Source of the DNA: Geosiphon pyriformis uo1
Lineage: Eukaryota; Fungi; Glomeromycota
Length of the DNA: 64,000 nt
Direction: 5' to 3'
NCBI GenBank assembly: GCA_016748015.1
Contig: JAAOMT010000519.1
Location: 140,046 to 204,045 of the forward strand
This document shows, in pieces, positions 36,771 to 51,140 of this stretch. Made by a program: the position numbers and the translations under genes. Positions within the stretch are counted from its first letter, which is position 1. Each line of letters begins with the position of its first letter. Below the pieces are notes generated by a model. It searched no databases. It was not told the origin of the DNA and saw only the letters and a list, made by a program, of their open reading frames with translations.

Positions 36771-37980
36771 TTAAACACTTTTGGTTAGATCAACAAATTT
36801 CTCATCATCTATTCGGATATTTCCGTCATAACTCGGTGGTGGTGGTATCCAATTGTCAGCTGTTGGAACACCTCGTGAACCGTAGACAAAGTATGTTGGT
36901 GATAATTCTTCTTCAGGGGTGTTAGTTAGAGGATATGGGCATCCCATTTTGTCATTCATCCGATTAGCATAACAATAGATAATATAGGCAAAGTATATCT
37001 TGAAAACAGAGAAAATGATTGTCAATTAAATATGTTGTAATAATACTAAAACTTTTTCATTTTCAATTATTTACCTGAACCACCTGAAAGAATAAGTTTA
37101 GACCTTCTTTCAGTAAGAAAATGTTCACAACATGATTACAATCGACATGATTGCTTTCCTTTGAGTGAATAAATTCTTTCGAATGCTTCTTGCAATTATG
37201 AATTAAAGTTTTGCGACTATTGATGTCGAAGGTGAACTCAATTAGGCCAAGAATTAACAAAAGAAAATTTAAAACTGCAAAAACGATTGCCAAGTGATGC
37301 AACAGTCGTGCGTTTTCCTATGCATTAAAATCAGCGGAAGAAATTTAGTGAATTTATAAAAAATGCTTTAAGCTTGACCTTTTTTTTAAAAAACATTGGT
37401 AATCACATATACATACCTTGTATAAAGTTCGCAGTCCTAAAGCAGCAGTTACTGCAATTACTGTTGTAATGATACCAGATAATATATAGAGAACCTGTTC
37501 TTGCAAAGAGTGTGTAACTTCAAGAGATGGCATTTAAATGATTAATTTTTTTTTTTGAATTGAGAGATAACAAACACAAATTTCAAAATTTCTCGAGTAC
37601 TTACAGACTAACTCGGATATATAAGAAAAAGTTTTTAAAATTCCCAAAATCTGAGACATTATTTAAAAAAAAAAAAATTCTTCAGACTTTTAATATAACC
37701 AATCGAAGCTTCTATTTCCAAATTTTTAATCATTCAAAAATGAAAAATATTCACATACCAAATACATGAGCAAAATAACATTGACAATTGTTCGTTCCTT
37801 TAGACAACCACAGGTTTTTTGTTGTTTGAATAAGGTCAGATCTTTCTTGTCATTATCAATTATGGTGACATTTGATAAGGTATTGTCAAGAGCCAAATTT
37901 TGATCTCTATTTAATGGCAAATCATCCGGGCAGGTAATAGTAATAACAGGAATTGTACTTTGTGGTGATGTGCTGCTCAT
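36771..37980 (-). CDS. Four-TM (LAPTM/tetraspanin-like topology) membrane protein, ~279 aa
   Basis: Phase-consistent GT-AG exons 37980-37759, 37650-37605, 37517-37417, 37317-37075, 36998-36771. Four hydrophobic segments, two Cys in the TM3-TM4 loop, and a PPPPSY tail. Confidence 0.82.
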
Positions 37981-38601
37981 CTTGAGTGTTTGTAAGTGAG
38001 TAATAAATTTTTTTTCTTGCAAAGAAAAAGGGATGAGGTTTTGAATTTTTATCTACAGGTATATATAATTGTGATTCTGATTGGCGCTACGAAAAAAGGC
38101 CAGATATAAATTTTAATTTTAAGGGCTTTTATCAATTTATCTTTTTTAAAATATAGGACTATGCTATATTACCAGTGGCTTTGATCGTGTTTTATCTGTG
38201 TACGTGTTGAGATGTAAACTTTATGTTTCCAAATGTTGGATTTGAATGATTTTTTTTGGTCAAGTAGAATCAATCGACCAGCGATATGGGAAGAAAGATG
38301 TTCAAACTTCGTACAGACAGAGAAAGTTCAAAGCCAGCTGAAGGAAAAGCAAGTTAAGCAAAGTCATAGAAAGAACATAATTGAATATATATTGGATTCT
38401 TTGATTTCTTCTTGATCAACGAAAAAGAAGGAGTCAAATTAAGTTAAGATCCTCGAAATTTTTTGAAACTGTGTTTCCATGTTAAGGCATGTTTCAGAGG
38501 TTAAATTGGGCAAAATTCGAGTAGTACATGCACTGAGTGGACACATGAAACTGATCGACGCCTTAATACAACATTTAATCATCCTGTTACATACATTATG
38601 C

Positions 38602-38604
<3 letters not shown>

Positions 38605-38637
<33 letters not shown>
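38605..38637. repeat. (TTA)n microsatellite
   Basis: Read directly from the sequence. Confidence 0.9.
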
Positions 38638-41600
38638 GAGCCAAATGCTTTGAAACATAGTGGCTTCTTTGTGTGAATAAAAACCTGGGCAAAACGCGTC
38701 TCTATGCATAATTATTCTGGAAAGTCATTCATATTTAATATCAGTAAGGTTAAAAAGAGCCTGATTTTCTTCGCGTAACGATAATTACTTACACATATCA
38801 TTCGGCTACGAAAAGTTTATTCGAGAAATTTAAGCCACATGAATCAATATATAGTACAATTCATTTTTAAATTTTAAAAAGAATTAATAGTCTTCTAACC
38901 ACATGATTTATTCATTTTTCTTAAAAATTGAAAAAGAAAGATAGCATTTTCACAAATTTATTTTATTTCAATCAAGAACAAAAGAGAGATAGGAAGTACC
39001 GGGGAATCAGTTCTGAATTAAGAATATTTTCAAAAGCTCATGAATTCTATCCAAGTTTCTTGTACTATATGCAATGTTATGTTTCCAAAGAACTGAAATA
39101 TGAAAAGCAGGAGATGAATCAAAAAATTTTGTGCTTGCAGATATTAAACTAACTTTAAACCCATGATAAAAATAGCTGCTATTTGTAAAATGGGGCTGGT
39201 GAAAGTTTTTCTATTTTTCACTTCTTTTAAAATTTTAAATAAAGTTTATAAATTTACACAACCGTAATATTTTTGTTATAGATTGAAAATTGGGTATCTC
39301 TGATTATATTAATTGTATAAGGAGCAAAGAAAATGGGATTGTTCAATAATTTCGGTAATTTCTTTGTAGAAAATTTAAGATTTAAATTACCAAATCAAAT
39401 CGAAAAATTTTCAATATCCCAATAGAAAAATATTAGATTTAAAAATATAAAAAATTTCTTTTCAAGTATTTGAACGTTTTAAGTATGAGTATAATTTCTT
39501 TGATATATACAAATAGACTAAGAAAGATATCAAAAGGCTATAAGATTATTGGCGATTTTCTTTTTGACTTGATGTTTATTAATTGGAAATAATAGCTATG
39601 CAATCAACTAAAAATTTTCTAAAAAATTGAAACCATTTACAAAAAAGTGCAGGTTCAAAAGAAAAAATAAAATATTTAGCCTGGTCAAAAATGTGTTTGA
39701 TTTCGCAATTGATTTATAGATAGCAGGGAAAATCAAACTTAGCAACGTTTCAAAATATGATAAAAAATTTTAATTCTTATAAATTTATCTGTCAAAAGTC
39801 TAATTAATAATACTTGTCACGTTTATTATGAATCGAAATTCTAAAGTCAATAATAATTTAAAATGTTTTTTTATTTCTACAAAATTTAAATAAAAAAAAT
39901 TAGTTATCGCTAATGCATAAGTTATAGCATATCTTAATAAATTTAACGTTCTAAAGCTACTTTTCAGGGTACAGGTTCAATAAAAATTCAAGATATTTTA
40001 TTTGGTGATTAAAAATGCCAAGTGCGATTCTAAATAAAATTTGAATTCTATGTCTCAGTCTATGAAACTCTGGAGATTCAAGTTTGTGTAAAAATTTTTC
40101 TTTTACAAATAGTTGCTGAGAACTCCGTGTTATATGTGTAAATTTTTTTCTTCTGATTGTTTCCTCTACACTGATAAAATACCAATGTTAGAAAAGATAT
40201 TAAAACCTCAATGACAGTTTGATAATTTCAAATTGAACCAAGATTTGATCTAATTTAGGTAGTTTGAAAATTTGAAAACTGACCAATTGGATAAATGATT
40301 AATTTTTTCTGTGAAAATTATAAATTTATTTATTTTTGAATTTAATTTTTTAAGAAAAATACTAGCCTTTTTGCTAAAGATTCAGTAAGAAACTAATCCA
40401 ACCTATATAAAAATATATTTAATTTTTTCTATTTCCATTATTATATAAATATATATTATCTAATTATTACTTGTTTGAAATTTTTTACAAAAAAATTGAA
40501 ACCCAATCTATTTTATATTTATGGTTTAAAAAATTTAATTTTGATTGCTTTGACAAATGAGAAATCCAAGAACTTCAAGTAAGTCACTTATTTGCTATTA
40601 TTATTCCAGGTACGAATATTGCTATTTTATCAAATTTATAAACTTCTTTTTACTTTTCAATGTTTTATATTATATCAAAATTTTATTATTTTCTGGAGCC
40701 AATTCTTTTATTGTTTCTAAATATTTATATTGTATAGTTATTTCCATATGTGTTTATAACGTATATTTATTATTCGCTCTCTAGTATTCAATGCTTTTTT
40801 AGTGGCTTTGTATTCATTACTCTATCTCTTCATAAAACTAAAAACCATATCAAATATTTTGTCAGCTGCTAAAAATTTATTTCAAACTTTACAACTTCAA
40901 ATAAGAAAATTATATATTTCGTGTCCCTTAGAATCATAATCTTTTATTCGAGCAATACGTCTTTTTAAGCGCTTCAAAGCGTTAGCATTTGAAAATTAAT
41001 CACTCAGCACTACCTCTAACTCTTAATAAAACAAATGGCTTATTCTTTATGTCTACGTGTGACGCTATTTCTGATTTTGCAATTCGATGCATCAAATTCC
41101 TGTTTAACGGAAAAATTTTTTACTTAATTCCAAATTTAGTAAAGGCAATTCTTAGAAATTCGTCATGGCTTATTTTTTGGTTGACAGAATAAAATGATAT
41201 AGATTGCTCCTATTACTCCTGAAAAATTAAATTATGCTGGTTAAAATAAAGAAGATCCTAAATAAAAAATCTTGACAAACCAAAAGCACTCAGAAAGGTG
41301 TGCAATCTACATGAAACAAGATTGAATTGATGATTGAAATTTAACATGAATTTAAAAATTTTTGAACATTTATTAAAACATACCACTTTTGAGTTTGTAA
41401 ATTTTGTGTTCGGATGAATTGGGTAATTGGCTATGCTTGAGATTGTATAAAAGATTTATTGTACCTTGGTTTCACTTTAATAATTACTCCAAGAGTTTCA
41501 TTAATTCCAAAACATCAGGCAATTAATAAATCATAATGAATTTGTAAAACTTAAAGTCTTAAAGCTAGATTAGAAACATATAGTAGTCTATTTATAAATA

Positions 41601-43000
41601 ATAATATATTTTTAGGTTCAAATTGATTATATATTAAATACCAATTTATTTAGTGTGGTAATATTGTATTTGTAATTATAATTGATTAATGTTGCTAATT
41701 ATTGATTGAAAATCTTTTTTTTTTTTTGGTAGATATTAAAAAAAGGTTTGCTATATTTTAGAGATATAAAATCAAGTTTGTTTTCAATTGAGTATTCAAA
41801 TAGTCGTAAAATATCTTAAGTTTTTATAAAATAAATTGGACAAAAAAGTTTTATAATTGTGCATTTTTTTGTTAAAGTTGTTACAATGTTATTTAAATTG
41901 ATTAAAATGATTAAAATAAAATAAAATGAGTTCTTTTAAGTAATCTGAATTTAAAAATGACTTATTTTTTGATATACATTAAAATTTTCACAAAAACTTA
42001 AAGCTAAATTAAATAAAAAGCTATAAGAATAGCCTAATAAATTTGTCACAAAATGTGGATTTTATTGGAATAAACTAACAGAATTAAAATAAAACTAAAA
42101 GTAAACATAATTAAGAATAAGTTAAAATAAAAAAAACAATAACTGGTGTTAATTAAATTAAATTTTTTTGTTAATACTAAATAAATTGTAGTTATTAATA
42201 AAGAGCTTGTTTGTTATAATTTTTTTATATCCAAATAAATAAAATAAATGTGAAAATTTGCAAATGCATTTTAAAATAGTTACTTACCTTTTGGTCCTGA
42301 TAAAGCATTTGGAAGAACTAATTTTTATAAAAAACCTGTAAATTACTAATCCGAAAATCTCGCATTTGAATTAATAATTAAATATTAATATAGTTTCAAG
42401 TTGTTGTTTCTATAAAAGTTAATTTGTTTTATAATAACTTTTTATTATAAAAAATGATTGGTAAATTTGAGAATTTTAGAGTATATAATAAGAAAAATTT
42501 TTAAAAATGAAATTTCTGAATTTGACATTTTTAAATTTAAGCTATGCTTTGAAATATGATCAAAAATACCTGAAATAACTCTTTTAAAAATGAATAATTT
42601 TAAATATTTTGCTGTAATAAAAAATTTTAAAATTAATTATTATTTTGTTAACGCGTTTTTAAAAAATATGTATTTGTTTCAATAAAAAGTGATAAATATG
42701 TTGCTTATAATTTCAAAATTTTTTATATTTAACAATAATTTTTTTGGATAACACAGAGCTTTTGTTAGAACCAAGAAAAAATTAGTTAAAAGTACATAAT
42801 ATTAGATGAACTGTTCTTGTAATTTACTTTAGTTCTTAACAAACTATTCCTTGATCTTTGAATTATCAAGACCGATTTGCAATTTTTTGAATTGATTCAC
42901 TTTATTAATGCTTACATTCATAGAGATAGCCTGTTGAAAGCATAAGGCTTTATTTAAAGTTGATCGTAAAGCAAAAGACTAGCGCAAAAAAACAAACTCA

Positions 43001-44296
43001 TCAAGTGGATATAAGTGACTGGTGCTGACACGAGTTTGGAATTTTTTGGGCCCAAAGCCTCCATATACTGTATTCGCTTTGATTTTCATTCATTTCCTGC
43101 AACAAATCTTTTTTAAATGGTTGAAATTGTTCTTTTGTAATTTTCAAAGCAGGTAACAACAAGCCTTTGAGGCCGTCTAAACCGATGTCCAGATCTTTAA
43201 GAGCTTCTTCGCCCAAAGAACCACCCCATGAGCCTATTGGAAATTCTTTGTGAGAAGATTGAATATCAGTAAAAAGACCAGAGCCTTTTATCCAGTTTCC
43301 TATTGCCGGTACTATTTCGGGCTCGAGACCTTGGTTTCTTATTGCTGTCATTGCTGCAATTTAATGAATTGATATTGCTAAAGTAAGTAATGTATTGTTT
43401 TTGTTATGTCAAACTGTAAATATTGAAAATTGTTATATAAACCTGTTTCTACTGTTTTCTTGGTAATATTTCCCATTTTATTTGGCTGAAATGCATGTTC
43501 ATCAATCTCAAACCATCCAGCTGGTTTTGTTACTCTCGCTATTTCTTTGATCACCAAGTTTTGCCATTGTACTATAGTGAAAGAAAACTTGACTCCTCTC
43601 ATAAATACAAAATCGAAGCTTTCATCGAGTACAGGTAAGGTATCAAGGACATTTGCCTGTAAGAAAGTTACATTAGTTGGTTTTACATGCTTTGGAAAAT
43701 TCGATAAGGTATCTATGCCGACAAAAGTTGATTGTGGATATTGATGTGCCATTTCGAGAGTCCATATTCCTACGCCACAACTAGATTTCAGCGATTTTTA
43801 AAATTATTAGAAAACTCGAATAATGATGCATCACAAGCATTAAGAAATTTCAGGCCTTACCAAATGTCAAGTACGTTGGCACCTTTTACAAGAGTTTCTT
43901 CCACTGGAGCAGAAAAATTGCTTTCCCATATGTACCTGAAACGATAATGCTGGCATATGTTTCGATCTTGTTCCTCGAAATCATCCTAATGAGAATTTAA
44001 CCGAATTGTTCTTGGTCATTATTCGTAAAATTTTAAGGTTATTGTGCATGTAATAACATCAAATTGTGAGACAATTTACAGGGAATGGATAATTGTGATT
44101 TTCCAAATTGGGATAAGCTCTTCTGTCTATTATCCTTAGTCCGTCACGATTTTTGACACTGAAATTGCTGCCTTTGGGACCTTTAGCATTGAGGGCACCA
44201 AGATTATTTCAAGTTGGCTTTACAAATTCTAAAAATTGCAATATTCATACCATTTCTGTCTTTTGATTTCGGTACTTTGGAAATCTTGTTGCCCAT
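43001..44296 (-). CDS. LaeA-like/class I SAM-dependent methyltransferase
   Basis: Exons 44296-44251, 44180-44080, 43985-43861, 43780-43443, 43353-43001. Motifs RRAY..YPFPDDFEEQDR..HY, NFSAP, motif I VLDICCGVGIW, FVGID, DESFDFVFMR, IARVTKPAGWFE, PIGSWGG. Confidence 0.9.
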
Positions 44297-47200
44297 GATT
44301 GAGATGAAAGTTTTCGTTTGATATCAAAATTAGATTTTTGTCTCATAAGATTATAGGTCTGTTAAAAAGTTAATCCTCCTTTTAAGCGGAAGGGATGATA
44401 ATAAACGACTGCTGAGCTCGATCGATACTTTGTGTGAGACATAACGTGCAGTTAAAAAACCTTGGGATCAAAACTACAGGCATTTTGTGGAATCAGAAAA
44501 TGAAATAGTAAATGCCACAATATTTTATTTTTCAAATTTTATGAAAAATTTCATTGAGAATCAAAAGTTGTGTATATTTAGTATCAGATATTATTGGTCA
44601 TCAATTTAGATAAGCATTTCGCGAAGTTACACCTCGTACATGTATTAGGCAAGAAGATTTCCTTTACTTAGAACCATGTTGTTCATCTTTAATCATTGTT
44701 ACAGATGAAATTAGATAACGTAAGCTTCTATTCAAGCATTTATTATTATATAATTACTCAATCAAAAACCATATTACCTCCCTTATCAACACTGAACCTT
44801 ATCAGAAATTTCTTTAGTTATTTGACCGAGAAATTGAATAATCTAAAAAAAACTTTCCGCTCTTAAACAATAATAATATAATCCCTAAGAGGAACCTCTT
44901 TCTTAAATGTGCATTCCCTTAACTTACTCAAGACTTGTATAAACAAAAAATTCTGGAATGCACGCAAAAGAGACAAGTTTAAGTAGGTTTTCTGTTAAAT
45001 CAATGCTATAAGGCGCCGATTTCAGCTAAAATATATCGTTTAATGTAGATTGAAATTCAATATTTAGTTTAACCTTTTCCTAGTCTCCTTTCGCTTTATA
45101 TTTGTTCATCATATACAGTGAGTAACAAAAAAACTTAACTATCAACAGACAAAAGTTACTCCATATAAAACTCTTTCTTTTTTTACCCAATCCGAATCGA
45201 GTAATAGATAGAGTTTTTTATTTGCCAGCTTTAAAAGTACATTTGCAGGCTTTTCTTAATACATATACATTTGTAGGCTTTACATAATACATATATATGT
45301 AATAAGGTTATCTTTATTTGAAACTGGGAATCATAATTAAGGAAAATTAAAATCAATAAAAACACCAAGATTGATTGGTCTCAGAAAATCATTTCATTTC
45401 AGTAAACAGAAATTCTGCGAATATTTATTAGAATACAAATAACACATTCTTATGTAACTATCTTGTTAATTTTACTCCTCAATAGGCATCAATTTCAGCC
45501 GCTTATAATATGATCTTTCTTTAGAACTCAGTAGCGAGACATCAAATTTAATTGCAAAAAAACATCATTTCATCTGCGAATAGCATCAAATTGAAGTAGG
45601 TTTAAAACAAATGTTCTTTTCACAAAACCTTTGATTCCATCAAACTGCCTAAATAGATTACTTGCACTAATAGCTAGACATTCAAATTTGGCATATATCA
45701 TCAAGAAAATTCAATTGAAAGCATTAAAACTCTGCTCATTTAATCGAACATAAAACTAAATTTGCCGAGTAAATGGTATGATGGCAGTTTGCTTCAAGGA
45801 AATAATAGGACAAGGGAAGGCCCATCTAAAAATTGATTTCACCTTTTTTGGAGATTCAAAATCTCGTAGGAGTAGAAAAAGAGCTTACAGGTCATGAAAT
45901 AGGCGGTTGTAAGAATTTTTGATGCCTCCTAACCTAGGAAACATTAATTCCCCTTTAATTATGAGCCAAACTTATTTCTTTTTAGCTTTATCACTAAAAA
46001 AAATATGATTTCAGGTTAATGGGGCAAAAAGTAACCAATTTCCAGCGATTTTATTAATAACTTTTGGTGCACCGAGAATTGGCGCAAAAAGGTTTGCAAA
46101 AAATTCTTCAATCAAGTTGGGTCACATGGGAAATTAATGCGAGTAATCCATATAGATAATTGGCTCATTATATTTTATGCATGTTTGAAAGGAATTTTGG
46201 ATAGCCGAACCAAATTGTAGCTGTGAAGAGCTTCCAAAAAAGTATAAAACAATGGATTAACATAATTTTCGGCAAATAGTACCCTCAAAATTTGTACCTT
46301 AGGACTAATCCAGGTTGTCTCACAAAAAATTGTTAAAGACTTATGTATACAGAGGACCACCAAAAGTTTGTGAGTACTTGATAGATAATGGTTTCTGCAC
46401 TAACTTATTATAATTTGCTTGAATTGCTGGGTTTCAATTTTTTGAGCAAACATAAACATCTTGTGCAAGGTTTTAAGTTGCTAAACCCAGTTTCAGCAAA
46501 TCATTAAAGAGTTTCAGAAACTGTTATCAATCCTATTTAACAGTTTCTGCAATTTTTTGATATAAATTTCCATGCAATGTTGTTCTTCAATTAGTTTTTT
46601 ATTTCTTTCCATTTGAAAAACTTCACAGCTGTGACTAAATAAAATGATTAAATCATAAAATATTTCAAATTTTGTAATAATTGAAAGTTTGCTGAAATTT
46701 GAATATTTCAGGTGAATTTTAGATAAGTTACTGAAACATTGAAAAAAATGTTAAACCAGAAAACTTATTACTCAAAAATATATAAAAAAGAAGCTGTTTA
46801 AATTTTATTTTTATATTATAAAAATTTAAACATTCATATTTATTAAGTATTATTTTAAACAATTTAAAATATTATTATTATTATTATTATATTTAAAGTT
46901 TAGAATACTTTAAAATAAACTGCATACAATTATTGTTTCAAAATTGCGTATTTTTAGATTATATCTTAAAAAATTTTCTTTTTTTTTAATTGTTTATTTA
47001 GTTGAGAGCTGAGAAAATCTGTAAAAATATTATAAAAAACTATATTACAAATTAAGTAACAAATTTAATAAAGTTAATTAATAAAATTTTTTTTTGATTT
47101 GATATTATAATGTTCATCATAGCTTCATTATTGCAATCCGAAATTGTGCTATTATTTTTATTTTTATTTTTTTCAGCAAAAATACAAATCGATACATATT

Positions 47201-49696
47201 TTATATCAACTGAATTAAAATTAAAAATCAGCTCATTTTCAAGATTATTTTGAGCATTAAAAGACTCATAATTTCAAATACATGTCAAATAAATGTTGAA
47301 TTGATATTATTTAATTTATTAAACAACAATCTAATATGGTAAATTTTGATTTCAAACTGTGTTTATCCTTTTTTAGCTATTTAATTATTATATTAAACAT
47401 AAACTTAATAGGTTAAAAAAATTTATTACAATAAAGCTTAAGAAATAAATTCACAAAGTCAATTAACAAAAATTATAATATTTTAAATGAGTTGAATTGA
47501 TTTGAAGCCAATTTAATTCAATTTAAAATGTGAAGATTGGGCCAAATTACAGGATTGTTAAATTTTTTTAATAACTTAATTATTGATCTAATTATTGAAT
47601 TGTTAATTATTTAATTTAAAATTTTAAATATTTTGAACAAAACTTAGTATTCAGTTGTTGAACATGTAGATGTACAAAAAATTAAATTGTCTTTTTTTAT
47701 ATGTTGTGCTTTTTTTTGTCAAGTTATAATAGATATTTTTTTTACATAAATTTCAAGTAAGTTTTTTTATTTGATTGTGCAATAAGACATTGAACATGAT
47801 TCATATTTTAACAAAAATTAATATATTGATAATATTTCAACATATTATAGATAATAATCAAAGTCAAAAAAAATCCCATTTGTTTTAACTGTTTAAAATT
47901 TAAAAACCAAGAATGAAAAACTTCATACAAACAAATTGCTACACATTAAATGATAAAAGAACTGTGATGAGCGAGTTTTCAAAAATCAATGTCCATTTAT
48001 AAATAACCACTTTAAAGAGATTACTATTTCTCTCAAATATATGTAATTATGGCACAAGAGGACTCGATTAAAACGTTTTTAGTTTGAGGTTCAGGTGAAA
48101 AAGTATGAAAGAATTAAATCCGAATAAGTCCAGTGGAATTCCAATTTTTGAATACAACCAAAATAAAATATTTCTTAAAGAGCCATTAAAAAATTTGTGA
48201 TCACAAGCTTGGAATTTTTTTTGATCACGAGTTTACAAATTAACTCTGCGATTTTCAAGCTGAGGAAATGTAAAATTAGAAATTAGAAATTATTTTTATC
48301 CAAAATCAAAAAACTTATTCATTTGCGTACACAGTGGTCAAGACCAATTACTATGTATATTTTTCCCGATGTATCTCATTGGGAAAATTTCATTCATCCT
48401 TTCGTAACATGCAGGATTTTGCATCTGATCAATGGAGAATTTCGTGCAAGTACCCAAGTTTAAAAAATAGACTGCAAAATGATCCATATAAAAATCTAAA
48501 AGAAAATCGAAAACACCATTTGGATGTCCTTTCAACCTAACCTTTTCAAGTATCTTTATTCTAATATAATTTTATATGAGCGTTTGATGTAAGATTCATC
48601 TGCTTGAAACAGTTTTATTGGTCATAATATTTTATAATATGATGAACAACGAATAATGAAGAGATATTTCTCCCTTAATTTCAAGTCTTTGTTCGAATTC
48701 TTCAATGTATTCACCTTTTGAATGGTTTAAATAAGTCAAGTGCATTTCGACGGAATTCGAACTGTGATTTAAAGATCAAATTCATTTCCTGCATTGAGAA
48801 TGTAAGGTTTGTATTATGTAAGCATGACGAGTAGAAATTCCGGGATTTTGGAAGAAATCCTAACAGATCATTTCTCAATGTTATGCACGCTGAGATAATT
48901 TCTAAACTCATGATTTGGGCTAAGCTACAAGATAACAAAAAATCGATGATTGTGTCACTTTAAACTAATCAATAAAATCTAATTATGTAAAAAAAGGGGG
49001 GATGCAACCATAAGATAAAAATAAAGTTTTTTTTGGGTTAGTCAACAGAAAATTTCAGTATTTGATTTTTCACCAAAAAATTGATTAGCTGCTTGTATGC
49101 TTTCTCAAGGCCTTAAAACCCTGTTCCAGACCAATGAAGTTCGAGGATCATGAACCAAATACATTCTTAAGGACTGTGTGTCAGGTAAATTCCCTAATCA
49201 TGGACAAACCGAAACGACGCCATTCATCAAAATTAGTTTTGATCTATGGGCAGCAGAAACTCTGCATTCCTATTTTCCCAAAAGAAGATTGATAGTACTA
49301 ACTTGAAGTTTTCTGCTCAAAATGCAATGCGAAATGAAATAACTACCAACAAAGAATCCGGCTTAATTGATTGCCAAGAAAATCAAAGCATGAATATGTG
49401 ATTTATATCGAGTAACTTCTGATCAGCATTCAAGTTCCAATATCATAATACCCAAAGAATATTTTAATGTGTTTACATCTTAAGAAGCCGAGAAAGTGGA
49501 TTTCATTTATGGTTATATAATTCTGGCCCGATCTTCATTATTCAAGATCTGAATTGAAGGATTCCAAGTATGACGTTAACTTTTCCAAGATAGTTTTAAT
49601 TTATTCGTATCTGTGAATTGTTCCAAAAAAAATCATTCATAACTTAGCCTATAAGAGTTTTTTTCCATAATTAAAGGGTGAAGTGAGGGAATAAAT

Positions 49697-51140
49697 TTAA
49701 TGGCAAATGAAGAATTGATGAACCCATTTAGGGAGAAGTCGATTTTTGGTATTGAGGGATTTCTCTTTCTCTTTTTTCTTGGGAGTAGCATCAGAGGTAG
49801 TATCATGATGAGAAGTTGCCGAAAATTGCGAATAAACAGATCCTCTCACAGTTTCTGAATATTGATTATCATCATTTAAAAAATTTTCACTCTTGTCCTT
49901 ATCATCGATGACCTCAACAAAATCAAAAGTGCCTTCATCGTTCATTGTATTTTGATTATCAACTTCTTCAGTCTCCTTTTCGTTGATTGCATCTATAATT
50001 TCAAATGGCTCCTCTTTTGCAGTATTTTTTTGTTCTTCAAGGTCTTTCTTCATTTTGGTAAGTGTTTCAACAACTAACTCTATATTTGGTCGATTTTTTT
50101 CATCATTGTCCCAACAGCGTTGATATAGCTTGGCATATTGTTCAGGTGTTCCAAATACAGGATCTTCTCGCTCCCCACTTATAATTGAGCTCGTTAATTG
50201 TAATATACCACGCGGTGGGTCTTCAACGAATGGCCTTCTATGACTTGAAATTTCCCAAAATATCATCCCCAATGAATATATATCTGATTTTTTGGTTCTT
50301 TTATAATTGAGATCTTGAAGGAATCCTGGATCCATATATAATGGAGAGCCATCAAAAAGGGTTTTTGTCACAACGGAATCATTCATAGCTGCTGATAAGC
50401 CGAGACCTGTTATTTTTATTTGACGGTTTTCCACTAAAATTCTGGGGGAATTCTAATTGAAAATGTTGATTATTGGTAAATTTCTTGAAAAAAATCCGGA
50501 AATTTGATTAGCACTAACCAACTCAGTGTGAGCAATTCCTTGATCATGTAAGTGTTTGATTCCTTCTGCTATTTGAGATGCCAATTCCACTTTCTCTATC
50601 CATGTCAATGTTTTCTCTGCCTTCAAAAACTCTGGTAGCCATTGTCCTTTGACCGTAGATTCGAGTATGACAAAGTAAGCTTTTCTTGCAGGATCTGGTT
50701 AAAGTACAAAAATTCAAGACAAATTTCGAAAAGAAGAATAAGAAATTCAATTGTATATTATATGTTACCCTCAGTAAGGCCAAAAAATTTTAGAATGTTT
50801 GGATGAGGTTTAAGTTTTGCTAATATTTTAATCTATTTTGTAAAGGAATAAAAAAATTTAGAATTATTGTGATTTATCAGCAGCCAACAAAGCCGGACTT
50901 CAAACGGTCAAAATGAGCAACCTCTTTGACAAAAAGTGCCACAGTATCTTCATTCTTTTCGAAAATGTGATTAAAACTTAAAAGTTGGACCGTTATTCGA
51001 CGTGACATCCATTCTGCTCGCCACTCAGGCCCAAAAATTCCCGGTGTGGTGTACAAAATATTGGAAAATTTCACATATGGATGAAATTCGACTTCTTTAC
51101 TCGCAATTAAATTTTCTACTAGTTCTACTTTAGAAGACAT
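49697..51140 (-). CDS. TKL-fold pseudokinase with an acidic C-terminal tail
   Basis: Exons 51140-50922, 50832-50769, 50694-50519, 50452-49697. Retains HPNILKFFG, IAEGIKHLH, YMDP, SDIYSLGMIFWEI, CWDNDEKNRP. Catalytic motifs are degenerate (VQLL, HTELNSPR, TGLG). Confidence 0.88.

Noticed and set aside
40560-41170. Apparent stop-riddled minus-strand ORF relic
   Set aside because: Stop frequency is about what random AT-rich DNA gives, and no family motif is recognisable.
48334-48938. Cluster of 65-75-aa ORFs with some splice-like signals
   Set aside because: I could not assemble a phase-consistent gene or recognise a domain.
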